Shown: positions 51,056 to 63,884 of the stretch, piece after piece
Layout of the letters: each line of letters begins with the position of its first letter
Numbering within the stretch: position 1 is the stretch's first letter
Origin: Octopus sinensis
Lineage: Eukaryota
Direction: 5' to 3'
Length of the DNA stretch: 64,000 bases
NCBI RefSeq assembly: GCF_006345805.1
Contig: NW_021833245.1
Coordinates: 1-64,000, forward strand
Notes under the pieces: model-generated
Seen by the model: only the letters and a program-made list of their open reading frames with translations
Told to the model about the DNA's origin: nothing
Databases searched by the model: none
Program-made: the position numbers and the translations under genes

Positions 51056-52055
51056 TTATTGAAATGATTCATTATTGATGCCATGTGGTGTCCGCATATG
51101 ACTTGTACGCCCAACCAAAGTTTTGCACATGTTCTTACAGCTGTGTTGGCTGGCAAGAGAAATAGGTTCCTCCGTATGCACTCTCTTCACATGTCTTTTC
51201 AGACCTCCAACTAAGAGGCACACCCTACCACATTTTATACATGTTCTGTTGTGAATTGTAATAGCTACATCATTGTTTATCATGGGTCGATTCCTGTCAA
51301 ATTTTGATGGTTGGCCAGGCCGTCACGACTTAAATACCTTCACAAATAACAAACACCAAAAGCAACAAACCCTTATTCTCCACAGTGTCTCTCCTTCTAA
51401 GCCATTTCTTAATTCTCTCATACTTCACTCTCTCCCTTTCAAACCCCAAACAACCATTACGTACTGTCCTCCTCCAGCCATCCCTGTCTTGTGCCTCCAT
51501 CTCCCAATCACCAACAGCAATTTCTGTGGATATTAGAGCATTTTAAAGGCAATACTTAAACCTTAGTTTTGGCTTATGCGCAGGTCTCCAGTCGTATACC
51601 AGCTCGCCATACTATAGCTGCTTGGGCAGTCTCTCATCACCTATCTGTACCAGATGCCCTCCACCACCACAAATATCTTTGGAGAATCATTGACTCTATA
51701 TTTATATTACCACTCATCTCAAGCACCTCCACATAACTAAAGGCAATTTTCCATTTTATCCCCCCATTATTTTTCTGAAAGCATTGACGGTATCGTTCCA
51801 GTTACTATACAAACCTCACTCCCATGTAGCAAAGATGACATGATGCGCATGTTATATACCTTAACTTTAATTTGTGAAGATATATTATGTTGTGTCCACA
51901 GACGTCTAAAATGCCTACCAAAAGCACTACTAGTCCTGCTAATTCTTTAGAAATTTCATCATGAAGAACAGCAGTGCTCAATGTACTTCCTAAATAAACA
52001 AATCTAGACACAGTCTCCAACATTTGACCAGTCACAGCAACAAAATATTCCACAT
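51056..52055 (-). mobile_element. Decayed RTE-type LINE, post-RT region and C-terminal zinc-finger-like motifs
   Basis: LETVSRFVYLGSTLS...DEIS (RTE post-RT motif) and CIKCGRVCLLVGGLKRHVKRVH...CKNMCKTLVGRTSHMRTPH; multiple frameshifts. Confidence 0.8.
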
Positions 52056-53089
52056 ATATCTTTAAGGGAGCAGACTGGTATATTAGAATCTAAGTATGTT
52101 TTACAGAGGATTAAACAGAAAATATTTATATCTAGGAAAATATACACGCTAATTATATAGCAGTCTATGTTCATATATAATAACTTGATACATACGTCTC
52201 TTAGCTGCTGGATAATTTAAATTTCAGTCAATACTAACATATATATAAACGACTAAATTTCGATTTGATATGATTCGACGACCACGAACATATGGATATT
52301 TACTTGTATCTATTACTAAGCCAATAAAAATTATACAGTTACAACGGTTTATTTGTTATTCTTTCTTTTTTATCTATTTTTAATTTATTCGTATTTTTAT
52401 TACATAATTATTTTCCCTTACAGAGATATCATTATTTTTTTATTATCTACATATTTTTAAATTTATTTTTATTTTATCTTTATTTTTACTTACTTGAATT
52501 ACAAACTTTGCTAATACGCACCCACAATATATAGGATATAACTTTTTAGACTTCTTCAGTTTCTGATTTGAATCCCTTCAAGAAATATGTAACCATTTTA
52601 TATATAAAAAAAAACAACAACCCGAAAGAGATTCTGCCCCATACAGTTTTAAATGATTACCAATTGGACAGACCCAAATACTTCGTGGAGATTTTCTTCT
52701 TATAAATCCAAAATTTAACTTGTTTACTCTCCATGAGAGATTAAGCCAGTGAAATTTTGGATTCATTAATCCCTAACGAGGACATAACATCCTTGAAATG
52801 AGTGTGTGTGCGTGTGTATATATATACATATATATATATACATACACACACACACATATACATACTTGCATACAGGTATGGTGAAGTAAACAGAAGAAAA
52901 AGAACTCAAAATATGAGTATATTTATAATTTTTATTTATATTTAGTAAAAGCAAGAGAGTAACTCAAGGTTCGACAGTTGTTCTAGTTGACATTTACCAT
53001 ACTGTCATAAACTAATTTGACAAGTGTCAGTGCACGAGTCTCTCGGCTCTGGTTGTCACTCTGTTGCTTCTGCTAATTATATATATATA

Positions 53090-53132
<43 letters not shown>

Positions 53133-54584
53133 GAGAGAGAGAGAGAGGGAATACAATGAAAGTCAGGATGCATGAAATCAATACATATATTCGCCAGCTG
53201 ATATCCATAGGATGCCGGCTGTTTCGTTGCCAACAAAATGCAAATATAATTTATTTCAGTGAATAAAATGTGATTTGTAGCTGAGTCCGCTAAAGAAGCT
53301 TGTTTGTGATTACCACAGTTGATATAAATCAATATATTGTACATTAAATATGTATGCCTATTTCATTTTATATGTAAGTATATATACACATACATAAAAT
53401 CTGAAATCCATTAAATGGTCAATGTAACTTCAAGATATATTAACTGCGACTCCCTAAAGAAATACAAGTTGATTAACGTGATCTAATGCTCAGACTCCCA
53501 AGTAGAAAACAGGATCGGTTCAGTTGAAATTCGTTTGGTAATTTGTCTGTTCGATGAAATCCGACCTTTGGCTAAACAATAAAATCAACAAGAATAACAA
53601 CAACAAGAACTAAAGGAAAAAGGCCAGATGGAGACGAAAAGAAAATGTGAATAAGAGCCGGAGAGAATCTGGTAGACGTAATGTTAATTAGAGACAAAGA
53701 AACGTATTGAATTACGTTATCTGATAATTATAAAACATTAATTAAGCAGTCTCCGGCTCATATTCATTTAAAAACTCCTCGTAACATAAAATAAATTTTG
53801 AAAAAGAGAAAATTAAAAAAAAAAAACGCAGAAAATTAAAAGGACGCAAAGAATATTTTCATATTTTATATTAATCTTTTCGTTTACGCAGAAAAGTTCT
53901 TAAATTAGACACTCCAGTTCATATTTGTAATAAAAAGAAAAGAAAGTTTAATGATAAAACAGTCTTTTGAAATTTTTCTATTGGAAACATTATATTGAAA
54001 CTGCAACCACCACCACCACCACCACCACCACTATTTCTTGTACTATCACTACTACCTTTGGTACCATATTTAACACTACTGCCATCTTTTATTCCTTTTA
54101 TTAAGTCAGAAAGAAACATGATTTTAGCACCTTTGAAATTTCTATTCATATTTCCTTTCCCAAATCTGCCTTGAATTTTAACGGGAAATTAATAATTCTT
54201 AAATGTAATTCAATTAGTATATAATGAATTTATCAATTTCTTGAAATTAAAACGTCAAATTAAGTTACGCAGGGAAAGTAACATAATGTATATATATATG
54301 CACTCACACGTATATGCGTTAAGGTTCACGTCATACATACAAACGATGGGATATAGTTTATGAAATTATTCGAATCTGAAATCTCGCTGGAACAGGAATG
54401 TCAAAGCAGTCAGAATATCAAGTGAATGGTGCCTTGCATGAAATGAATACCTATCTGTTAGTTAATGTATTTCTGTATATCATTCTCTATCTCTCTATCT
54501 ATCCATCTGCGGGGGGGGGGGTTAGTTGAAATTTAAAGAAAAAGCAGAAGCCGAAGGCAGGTGTTTTGGTTTGACGTTCGGGAA

Positions 54585-54960
54585 AGTGAGAAAGTGTGTT
54601 TAGGTCTCGAGCTAACGTTCTTCAACGGAGAGGAATAAGAGAAAATAAAGAGAGAAAGAATAAGAGAAAACTAAACTTGGGGATTTAGCGTAGACAGACT
54701 GACAGACAAATAGATATATAGATAGACAGACAGACAGATAAATAAATAGATAGATAGCGATAGAGAGATAAAGATAGATAAAGATAGATAGATAGATAGA
54801 TAGGTAGATAGGTAGATAGATAGACAGATAGATAGATGGATGGATAAATAGATAGATAGGTAGGTAGATAGACAGATAGATAGATAGATGGATGGATAAA
54901 TAGATAGATGGATGGATAGATGGTTGGATAAATAGATAGATAGATAGATAGATAGTATTT
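54585..54960. mobile_element. Penelope-like or other interspersed repeat fragment followed by (GATA)n; paralog at 57100-57300
   Basis: Shared AACG(T/C)TCTTCAACGGAGAG.AATAAGAGAAAATAAA...AACTAAACTTG..GATTTAGCGT then (GATA)n. Confidence 0.55.
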
Positions 54961-55578
54961 ACTCAAATAAAGAACAATTAACGTTGTCACATGTCCCCTC
55001 ATGTGGTAGATTCTGCAATTTTGCGACCGTTTAGCTAAAGGCTCAAAAGCTCTCTGTAGAAACCAAAGCTAAGTCCATCCTGGTGGTAACTTCACGACCA
55101 TATAAATATACATGTGCGTGTGAGTGAGTGTATGTGTATTAAAAGACATTACAAAACCTGCAATAATATAGCTGTCTTATTTAACTTCTGCAATGGTTGA
55201 CTAATAGGATATAAGAACTTTGTAGATTTCTCCACTTTGACTTGAATGAATTCTCTGTATCTCAAAATCCTTTTACGAAAACGTGATGAAATTCATGAAA
55301 TATATCTATACTCAATGGGGATTAATGACAATGTTTATGAACACCAACGAATCTGCCTCGGTCATTGATGAAACTTCCTAGATAAGAAAAAAATAATTTT
55401 AAAAGTTTGTGGCTTTTATTGTGGGATTCCCCACTGTTAACCAAGTTTAGTCATACCAGAGATGTGGAAAATAATAATATAAAACACTCTCTTAGCATAA
55501 GACTGTGTAAAAATACCCACCACATTGTGTGGACAAAGTATAAAGAGCCTTTGAAAAGTAGTATCGCTTTTATATTTA

Positions 55579-55845
55579 ACTAACAGTATCGCCCGGCGTT
55601 ACTCGGATTTGTAAGGGAAATAATTATAAAGCATTTTTAGAGAGTTATAACAAAAAAATAGCAAAAAATGCATTCAAAATGGAAAAAACTGATGGTAAAT
55701 TATTTTTAAAATCGTAGACTCATCGTAGATGAATCACGACTATAAGATACCCGCTTTTGGTTAAACTGCATCGCAAAATGTGGGAGTAGTTAGGAATCTA
55801 AATCGGAGTAGACAGACACACAACCTTTCTTTTATATATAAAGAT
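55579..55845 (+). mobile_element. Helentron/DINE-like non-autonomous element (HINE)
   Basis: Begins ACTAACAGTATCGCCCGGCGTTACTCGG and ends GACAGACACACAAC...TTTTATATATAAAGAT, termini typical of DINE-1/HINE-type elements (recalled). Confidence 0.6.
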
Positions 55846-57605
55846 ATCTATAAATTGGAATATCCTTAATACCAGCTACTTTAAGGAAAAACAAGCGTGC
55901 TTTATCAGATAGTACGGTAGGGTATTCTTGTGGCACGGTTTGCTAGAAATGGCACCCAAATCTCTGTCAAATTATCTACCATCTTTGATGATTGAAGGAC
56001 ACGTTGGACAATGTATTTCTGCATTTCACAAGATAGATAAGATTGTAATTGCTGGAATTTGTTTTACTCCTATATTTGCCCAGTTTTTGTCATCTGGAGC
56101 TAAACAAAAATATTAGCAGCAGCAGCAACGACAACAACAGTAGCAGCAGAGGCAGCAGCTTCAACAGCCAACAGCCATATATATATTGAGCTGTGTTTTC
56201 TTACAATGCGAAATTTCTACAAAGCTATTTTTATTCACACAAGCCAAAGGAAGTAGCTATACAGAAAGAAAGCTTTATCCATCCGGCCATATTCATGAAA
56301 AAAATACGTAGGCAATACACTATTATTCAAACAATATTTTGTGTAGACACCAATACGAAAATACGTAATGGCGCTGTGTATCGCTCCAAAAAAAAAAAAA
56401 GAGAAAACGTATTAGGAAACAGCTGTTAAAAAGAAATAAACAAGAAAATGGAAAAATAAAAAAAAAACTGAAAAAAAAAAACACAGAGCAATAAACGGAA
56501 CACTGCTTACAGAATAATGCAACAGAGAAAAGACAGATAATCTTGTTTGATCCAAATTCTAGCAGCGTGTAATATAACTAGAAATGTCCTGTCAATGATT
56601 AAAAAACAGCAAGCAAAAATATTTCCTTATCAGCTATGATATTTATTAAGAACAGCGTAAAAGTTAGTTAAATGAAAGTAAATCATCTTAACTGAAACAA
56701 CCTATTATAAAAGATGTAACAGTATTAGTGATAAATCTAATCAATCAGGAGAATGTAATCTTAACAAGCACGTCCTGTTCACTGCATGGCAAATGTCTCA
56801 CAAAGGCTGGAGGGTAGAGAGCGAGAATAACATCCACAGATGTTATCAAAATAAACTAATAGAGCTAACGCAAGAACTCATTGTAAAACAATCCTGCATT
56901 GTGCATTCACTTCTTTAGATCCTGATAAAATTAATTATGTTGCTGTATTCCCGTTAGTCTGGAAATGGAAGTAGAAATAGAAACAACAGAATCTGCATAA
57001 ACTGGCGTATGGTTGAGACCATTATTAAGCGTACGTTAATTCACTATATTGCGTGGATCACAGGAAACGCGATGCCTCGGCGATGAATTTTCGGGGTGCC
57101 ATAACGCTCTTCAACGGAGAGAAATAAGAGAAAATAAACGGGGAAATAAAAAAAAACTAAACTTGTGGGATTTAGCGTCGATATATAGATGTGTGGTGTA
57201 AAGGGATAGATGGATATATATATAGATAGATAGATAGGTGTATAAATAGATAGATAGGTAGATAGGTAGGTAGATAGATAGATGGATAGATAGATAGATA
57301 TATTTTCAAATGAAATAAAAGAAATATTCATTTGACAGAAAAATATTTGGTATGCAATATTTTCCAAATACAAATTGGTTTAAATAGGTAAATTAAAGAA
57401 AAAAAATGAAAAACGGAAAGATTTTTATCATTAACACTGTATTTAAATGAAAAAGGCGGCAAGAGGTTTCTTGTAAAATATATAAACAGTTTCGGTAATT
57501 TTTCGGACGTCGTATGAAGAGGGGTTCAATGTGAACTAATATATGGTTGATAAACACTCCGATACCAAATATTTCGATGCGAAAATAAATAAAAATAATG
57601 TGCAT

Positions 57606-58068
57606 AGGCGCAAGCGTAGCTGCGTGGTAAGGAGCTTGTTTTCCGACCACATAGTTCCGGGTTGAGCCTCAATACCTGGCACCATGGGCAAGTGTCTTCT
57701 ACTATAGCTTCGGGCTGACCAAGGCTTTGTGAGTTGATTTAGTATATGGAAACAGGAAGGCGTCTGTTATATATACATATATATGTGTGTGTGTGTGTGT
57801 GTATTGATAGATAGATAGATAGATAGGTAGATAGATAGGTAGATAGATAGGTAGATAAAGTGTGTGTTTGTGTGTACCTGTCCCCCACCGCCACTTGACA
57901 ACTGGTGTTAGTATGGTTTTGTACCCGTAACTCAGCGGTTTGGCAAAACAGATCGATTGTATAAGTACCAGGTTTACAAGAAAAGTATTGGCATAAATTT
58001 ATTCGACAAAAAAAAATCTGCAAGGCAGTGTCCCAGTATAGCCGTAGTCTAATGACTGAAACATGCAA
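57606..58068 (+). mobile_element. SINE family B, full length, degenerate
   Basis: Head GGCGCAAGCGTAGCTGCGTGGTAAG, CORE-like GGCACCATGGGCAAGTGTCTT, internal TG/GATA tract and 3' GACTGAAACA. Confidence 0.85.
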
Positions 58069-58494
58069 AAATTTACTGTCAGAATACTTCTTACAACTAC
58101 TGGTGGGTAAGAAAATTTCAATCCGTACGGTACATAAACAACAAACTAAAGACACAACCCTCGCGTTACCACATAACTCACATACTTCACGCTGCCATGT
58201 TGCACATAATCTTCCCGACGCCATATTCGTTATAAAAACAATTAGAAAAGAACTCAATGAAATTTGCTTTGGCAAAGTAGTCTTCCAGAAATGGAAAGAA
58301 AAAAAAATGTATTCGGTAATCGATCTTTGCAGAAATTTGGACTGTCTCCGATATATCCGACAGTAGAACTAACGGTCACTCACTGCTGAAATCAGAGTTA
58401 CATTTTGTCGAGTTCTGTATTGGAAAACCATTTGAAGGAATCGTTTTCTCATTACTGTTGTCTGATGCTGATTGACTAAACTTATATATTTCAG

Positions 58495-58581
58495 CATCTT
58501 CGACCATCTCTCTATAAGTACATAGCACCAAACATGTCTCACCAGGGTAGTCTTAAGCGCAGAGCTCAAATGTTCGATTGA
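58495..58581 (+). CDS. Possible terminal exon (HLRPSLYKYIAPNMSHQGSLKRRAQMFD*) running into the first 111-bp repeat
   Basis: Branch-like TGACTAAAC and acceptor TATATTTCAG; of the three frames, this one stays open longest; no homology recognised. Confidence 0.2.
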   Translation, partial: HLRPSLYKYIAPNMSHQGSLKRRAQMFD

Positions 58582-59515
58582 GCGTTGACCGAAGCTGTGA
58601 TGCACACGACGTGAATATGATATCATTTTGATATAACACGAAACTTGTCTCACCAGGGTAGTCTTAAGCGCAGAGCTCAAATGTTCGATTGAGCGTTGAC
58701 CGAAGCTGTGATGCACATGACGTGAAGATGATATCATTTTGATATAACACGAAACTTGTCTCACCAGGGTAGTCTTAAGCGCAGAGCTCAAATGTTCGAT
58801 TGAGCGTTGACCGAAGCTGTGATGCACATGACGTGAAGATGATATCATTTTGATATAACACGAAACTTGTCTCACCAGGGTAGTCTTAAGCGCAGAGCTC
58901 AAATGTTCGATTGAGCGTTGACCGAAGCTGTGATGCACATGACGTGAAGATGATATCATTTTGATATAACACGAAACTTGTCTCACCAGGGTAGTCTTAA
59001 GCGCAGAGTTCAAATCTTCGATTGAGCGTTGACCGAAGCTGTGATGCACATGACGTGAAGATGATATCATTTTGATATAACACGAAACATGTCTCACCAG
59101 GGTAGTCTTAAGCGCAGAGCTCAAATGTTCGATTGAGCGTTGACCGAAGCTGTGATGCACATGACGTGAAGATGATATCATTTTGATATAACACGAAACT
59201 TGTCTCACCAGGGTAGTCTTAAGCGCAGAGCTCAAATGTTCGATTGAGCGTTGACCGAAGCTGTGATGCACACGACGTGAATATGATATCATTTTGATAT
59301 AACACGAAGCTTGTCTCACCAGGGTAGTCTTAAGCGCAGAGTTCAAATCTTCGATTGAGCGTTGACCGAAGCTGTGATGCACATGACGTGAAGATGATAT
59401 CATTTTGATATAACACGAAACTTGTCTCACCAGGGTAGTCTTAAGCGCAGAGTTCAAATCTTCGATTGAGCGTTGACCGAAGCTGTGATGCACATGACGT
59501 GAAGATGATATTTTG
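58537..59515. repeat. Tandem array of 9 (last one partial) highly similar 111-bp units
   Basis: TCTCACCAGGGTAGTCTTAAGCGC starts at 58537, 58648, 58759, 58870, 58981, 59092, 59203, 59314 and 59425. Confidence 0.98.
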
Positions 59516-60289
59516 ATTCAAATAACTATCTTATCCACGGCCATTATCAAAATGAGAATACGATTGCGGCACTTGGTGTGATGTGGAAGTGGATATTGTT
59601 TGTTCAGACTGCAGGCGCATGCATGCCATCCATATCCGATGAGATAGACGTAGTTTATGTTTTTGAATAGTTTAAATTTGAACATTACAGTAAAAAAAAT
59701 TTAATTGGCGTGGGAGATTTCTCGACGTTTGATGATTTGAGCCAGAGGGATTATGTGTAATGTTTATTGTAGATTTCGTTTGGTAGTGGGTGATGAGGAG
59801 ATGAGGAGAGAAAGACATTGTTTAGTAGTGGAGCATAATGAGAGGAAACGAATAGGAGAGCCTAATGAGTCTGAAGTGTTTTAATGGAAATGGAAGGAGA
59901 CAAATAGTCTGCAAAAGAGCAGGGACTGCTATAGTTTCTGTAGTAAAAGCAGAGAGAAGACAGAATGCATGCGCATGATAGAGGTTGCTTGTGTTAGAAA
60001 GACATTTAACGCCAGGCACCGTGTGGGCTTTTCGGGGTATGTTTTACCAAAGTGGCATCATAGGTATAAAGGTGACCTTCCTGATGACAAATTTTACAGC
60101 CGTTTCTTTATATCCAATTCATTTTTATCAATTGAAAATAACTAAAAGCGTAATTATATTAGTCAAATATCTTTCCGAAACTAATTTATCATCCACGTTT
60201 CTTTGCTCGATATTTGTAACCTTCAGTTCTAACCAATATTCTGTGCAAGTTCCCTGTCCGAATTTCATTTGCTGCTTTTCTTTTCTACT

Positions 60290-60565
60290 CTTTTACTCTT
60301 TTACTTGTTTCAGTCATTTGACTGCAGCCATGCTGGAGCATCGCCTTTAATCGAGCAACGCAACCCCGGGACTTATTCTTTTGTAAGCCCAGTACTTGTT
60401 CTATACGACGGGCTTCTTTCAGTTTCCGTCTACCAAATCCACTCACAAGGATTTGGTCGGCCCGAGGCTATAGCAGAAGACACTTGCCCAAGGTGCCACG
60501 CAGTGAGACTGAACCCGGAACCATGTGGTTGGTAAACAAGCTACTTACCACACAGCCACTCCTAC
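60290..60565 (-). mobile_element. SINE family B, internally deleted
   Basis: TTTTACTTGTTTCAGTCATTTGACTGCAGCCATGCTGGAGC...CCACACAGCCACTCCT. Confidence 0.9.
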
Positions 60566-62074
60566 TGTTAATACTACTCACCAAAATAACCGACTTCACG
60601 GCAATCCATATCTACAGTTTAACCCAGTTTTCTATATAATACCTTAATCCACTCCTATAACCTAATTCTCCGTCTCAAACGGTATTGATCCATTTGAAAG
60701 ACCTAGAAACATCAGAGTTAAAAAGAATAAAAGCGTTTGTGTGGTCACTTGTTCTGCTAGAAATAGCAGATACACATATCTGAGATTTTGGTCTGCCATC
60801 TTAATCAAGAAATGAGAAAAGAACAAAGCGCATAAAGAAGACACAGACAATTGTGTTTGAAAAGGTTGGATGGTCATGGATAGAATGTCTTTGTCTAAAT
60901 GTCTTATCGATTTGTGCTGAACTAAAACTAAACAACCGCAACAACTTTTGCATTCATTCATTTCGTTAGAAAGCCTGCTTCTATAAGCTGCGTCTCAAGC
61001 TAAAGCATTATTGATTCTCATGAAACAGAGAGAAAATAAGAAAATTATATTAAAGTATATGTAATTGTTTTTGTGTCACATACTCAGTTATAGTTTCCAC
61101 TTGTCTTGCTAAATTGCTACAATGTAATGTCGTATCATCAAGCATCGTATTGTGAACTAACAATTTGCCACTATTTAGAAGCAAACATTGAAGATAACTT
61201 TCCAATTACGGTATTGCAAAACGGATGGCATTGTTTTCTGTTGTTATTCTTCATTGTTTAAGATTTTTTTTTTTGGTTTGTGTCTGTTTTTTTTTTTTTT
61301 TGCTTCTTCTCTGTTTTTCTTTTTCCTCTGTCATTTTTAAAAATTAAAAAAAAAAAATAAATAAAAAAATACAAATGAAGTTGAAGCATTTTAAAACATG
61401 TTTACACTATCGTGGCACCCGGAAGAAAATACTTTCTTCTGACATGCTTTTAACGTAACAGCATGAAACAGAAGCAGAATACGAGAGAAAACGAAAAAAA
61501 AAATCGAAGAAAAAAAAAACAACAAGACATCAACTTAAACAAGAAGAACGACGAGAAGGAAAATATATTAATAAAAGAATAATATAAAAAGAAAAAAAAA
61601 ACAGCAACGACAATTGTAATGAAGTATAAATGAAGTTCATTATCGATTTTTGCCAATACATGACATTAATTTCCGGTCAACTTTCACTGAAATTTTCCAA
61701 TATAATGCAAAACTGTTAATGTGTTTATAAAGAGATGACATCAACTGGAGCCAGTGTTCGTTGGCTCCTCGGCTTACAGACAACGAACATACATAATGCA
61801 TTTACGAATATATTCACACGCACTGAACATGTCGTAGCAAGCTCTTACACAATAAACTTCAACTAATTTAGTCGTACTTGATTATACAAGTTTGAGAGAA
61901 TGTAAGGACGAAAACAGAAACATGAGGAGGAAGCGAAAAGATAACAAAGAAAGAAGGAGAGAGGGAGAGAGAGAGAGAGAGAGAGAGAAATAATGCAAAG
62001 AACCAAGGAAATCGACCTCGCTTTGATTTTTGTATTACAATCCATGTAAGTACAAATACACCCATTCATACACA

Positions 62075-62420
62075 CATGTATATACAGACAGGTACATATA
62101 TAGCTACATATATGCATTCACATGTACATAAATAGCTACTTACATACATGCATGCATGTATGCATATATACATACACACACACATTATATATATATATAT
62201 ATATATGTATATACGTATATATATGCATGTATGCATATTATATGTATATATATGTATATTCATATATATATATATACATATGTATACATGTACACACACA
62301 CACGCACACACATATATATATATACATACACACATATGTACATGTATACATTTATATAAACACTCTCTCACAAACACACACACACATATATATATATATA
62401 TACACATATGTATGTGTATA
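62075..62420. repeat. (TA)n/(CA)n microsatellite
   Basis: Direct reading. Confidence 0.9.
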
Positions 62421-63508
62421 TATGTCTAAATGTGTACTTGTGAGTACTTTACCGAGGGTACTTCATCACGTGCTTGTATATATATATGTGCATCTCTGTA
62501 TAGACAATTAAATTTAACGGAAACGTACTGACATGCTTCAATTTTATATCTATCTACCTATGTAGTTATCTATGTATATACATACATACATAGATACATA
62601 TTGAGGATGGGATTTATGTATGCGAAGGGGTGAAGAAATGAATACGTTAAGAAAACAAGAAGCAACCTTGTAAGTGAACGAGCAGAATATTGACTGTGAG
62701 AACCGACTGTGAATGCCGTGCTCATTGCAATGGCGGCGATAAAGATATTGATGATGCTGATGACCATGTTGAAGGTTATGGAGTTATTGACAGCGTGAAC
62801 GAAATAAAACTGTCGAGAATGACGATGGCTTGGAGGTCAGGATTATGAAAATAATAATTGTTTCTAGCAGAGGCACAATGGTAAAATGTTTAGCTACATT
62901 GTTAACAGAACATGTAGAACTTGACTATGAGTTTTTTTTTTATCGATACCTGAAAGGATGTGAAGTGAACGCAACCGTGACCAAAATTGAACTCAGAACT
63001 GAGATTGCTGGAGTAATTATAGCATATAATTTTTCCTCGATCTCCATTCACAATTCCACGTTTCCATTCACTCATCCAGATGCTGGAAATGTTGACTACA
63101 TTTTGCTCCGAAACCAACACGTACGATCTTAAGGCAGCATCTCCTGCTGGAGTCATGGGTAAACTGCAGCCCGAGAAACATACGGTATGGTACATCTAAC
63201 GAAAGATTACATTGGTTTGTTTTAAGAGAGGGGCTTGCCTGATGATGCACCGGGTTTCATATGGCCAGGCCTTACAAAAAGGTTATCTCTGCTCTATAGT
63301 ATCACTAGAACCGCTAGAAAGGAGAGCGAAATTCCCGCCAATATATTCTAAAAATTCCACCACACTCATTTGCCTATAATAGAACTCTCTAGATTTTTGT
63401 TGTTTTCTTTAAATAAAAACATCTGTGTTTTTAAAGACATCCTAGATAAATTATGACCTAATTTTAAGCAGTTTTTGCGGCGAGTGCATCACCAACAGCA
63501 ACAGTGGT

Positions 63509-63859
63509 GGAGGCGCAATGGCCCAATGGTTAGGGCAGCGGACTCGCGGTTTCGATTCCCAGACCGGGCGTTGTGTGTGTTTATTGAACGAAAACACCTA
63601 AAGCTCCACGAGACCCCGGCAGTGGGTGGTAGCGACCCCTCTTGCACTCTTTTGCCCCAACTTTCTCTCATTTTTTCTTCCTGTTTCTTGTCCCTGTCTT
63701 CCTACGCAACCGCTGAGCCTGGATGTGCATTCATCCATCCATCGATGTTCTCGGTGTCGGGGGTTGATCTGCTTTCTCTTCTGCGGGTCTTATAAATAGC
63801 AAAGGACCACATTTCGGACTTCTCCCATCTTGCGAGCTCTGGGACGAAAACCGTTCGCT
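63509..63859 (+). mobile_element. tRNA-derived SINE (family C-type head) with a distinct 3' half and an 11-bp TSD
   Basis: A-box TGGCCCAATGG and B-box GTTTCGATTCCC; CAACAGCAACA at 63493-63503 and 63860-63870. Confidence 0.8.
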
Positions 63860-63884
63860 CAACAGCAACATCAATAAAAAAAGA

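Noticed and set aside
53919-54149. 76-aa ORF with a poly-Gly run
   Set aside because: The poly-G comes from an (ACC)n microsatellite; there are no splice or homology clues.
55586-55610. 24-nt micro-exon that could encode IARRYSDF (PX-domain-like motif)
   Set aside because: It lies at the terminus of a Helentron-like repeat, so the splice-like signals are best explained as TE sequence.
58600-58660. Hammerhead ribozyme within the 111-bp unit (GAAAC-TT/AT-GTC)
   Set aside because: The GAAAC..GTC half is present, but no CUGANGA core is positioned before a stem II on either strand.
58369-59493. 374-aa repeat protein on the minus strand
   Set aside because: There is no ATG start (a stop lies just upstream; the ORF call uses GTG), all observed unit variants are non-synonymous in this frame, and one open frame out of six in a 111-bp unit is not unlikely. 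Retained only as part of the tandem-array finding.
60662-60961. 99-aa minus-strand ORF with a hydrophobic, signal-peptide-like end
   Set aside because: No supporting splice structure or recognisable motif; consistent with a chance ORF in AT-rich DNA.
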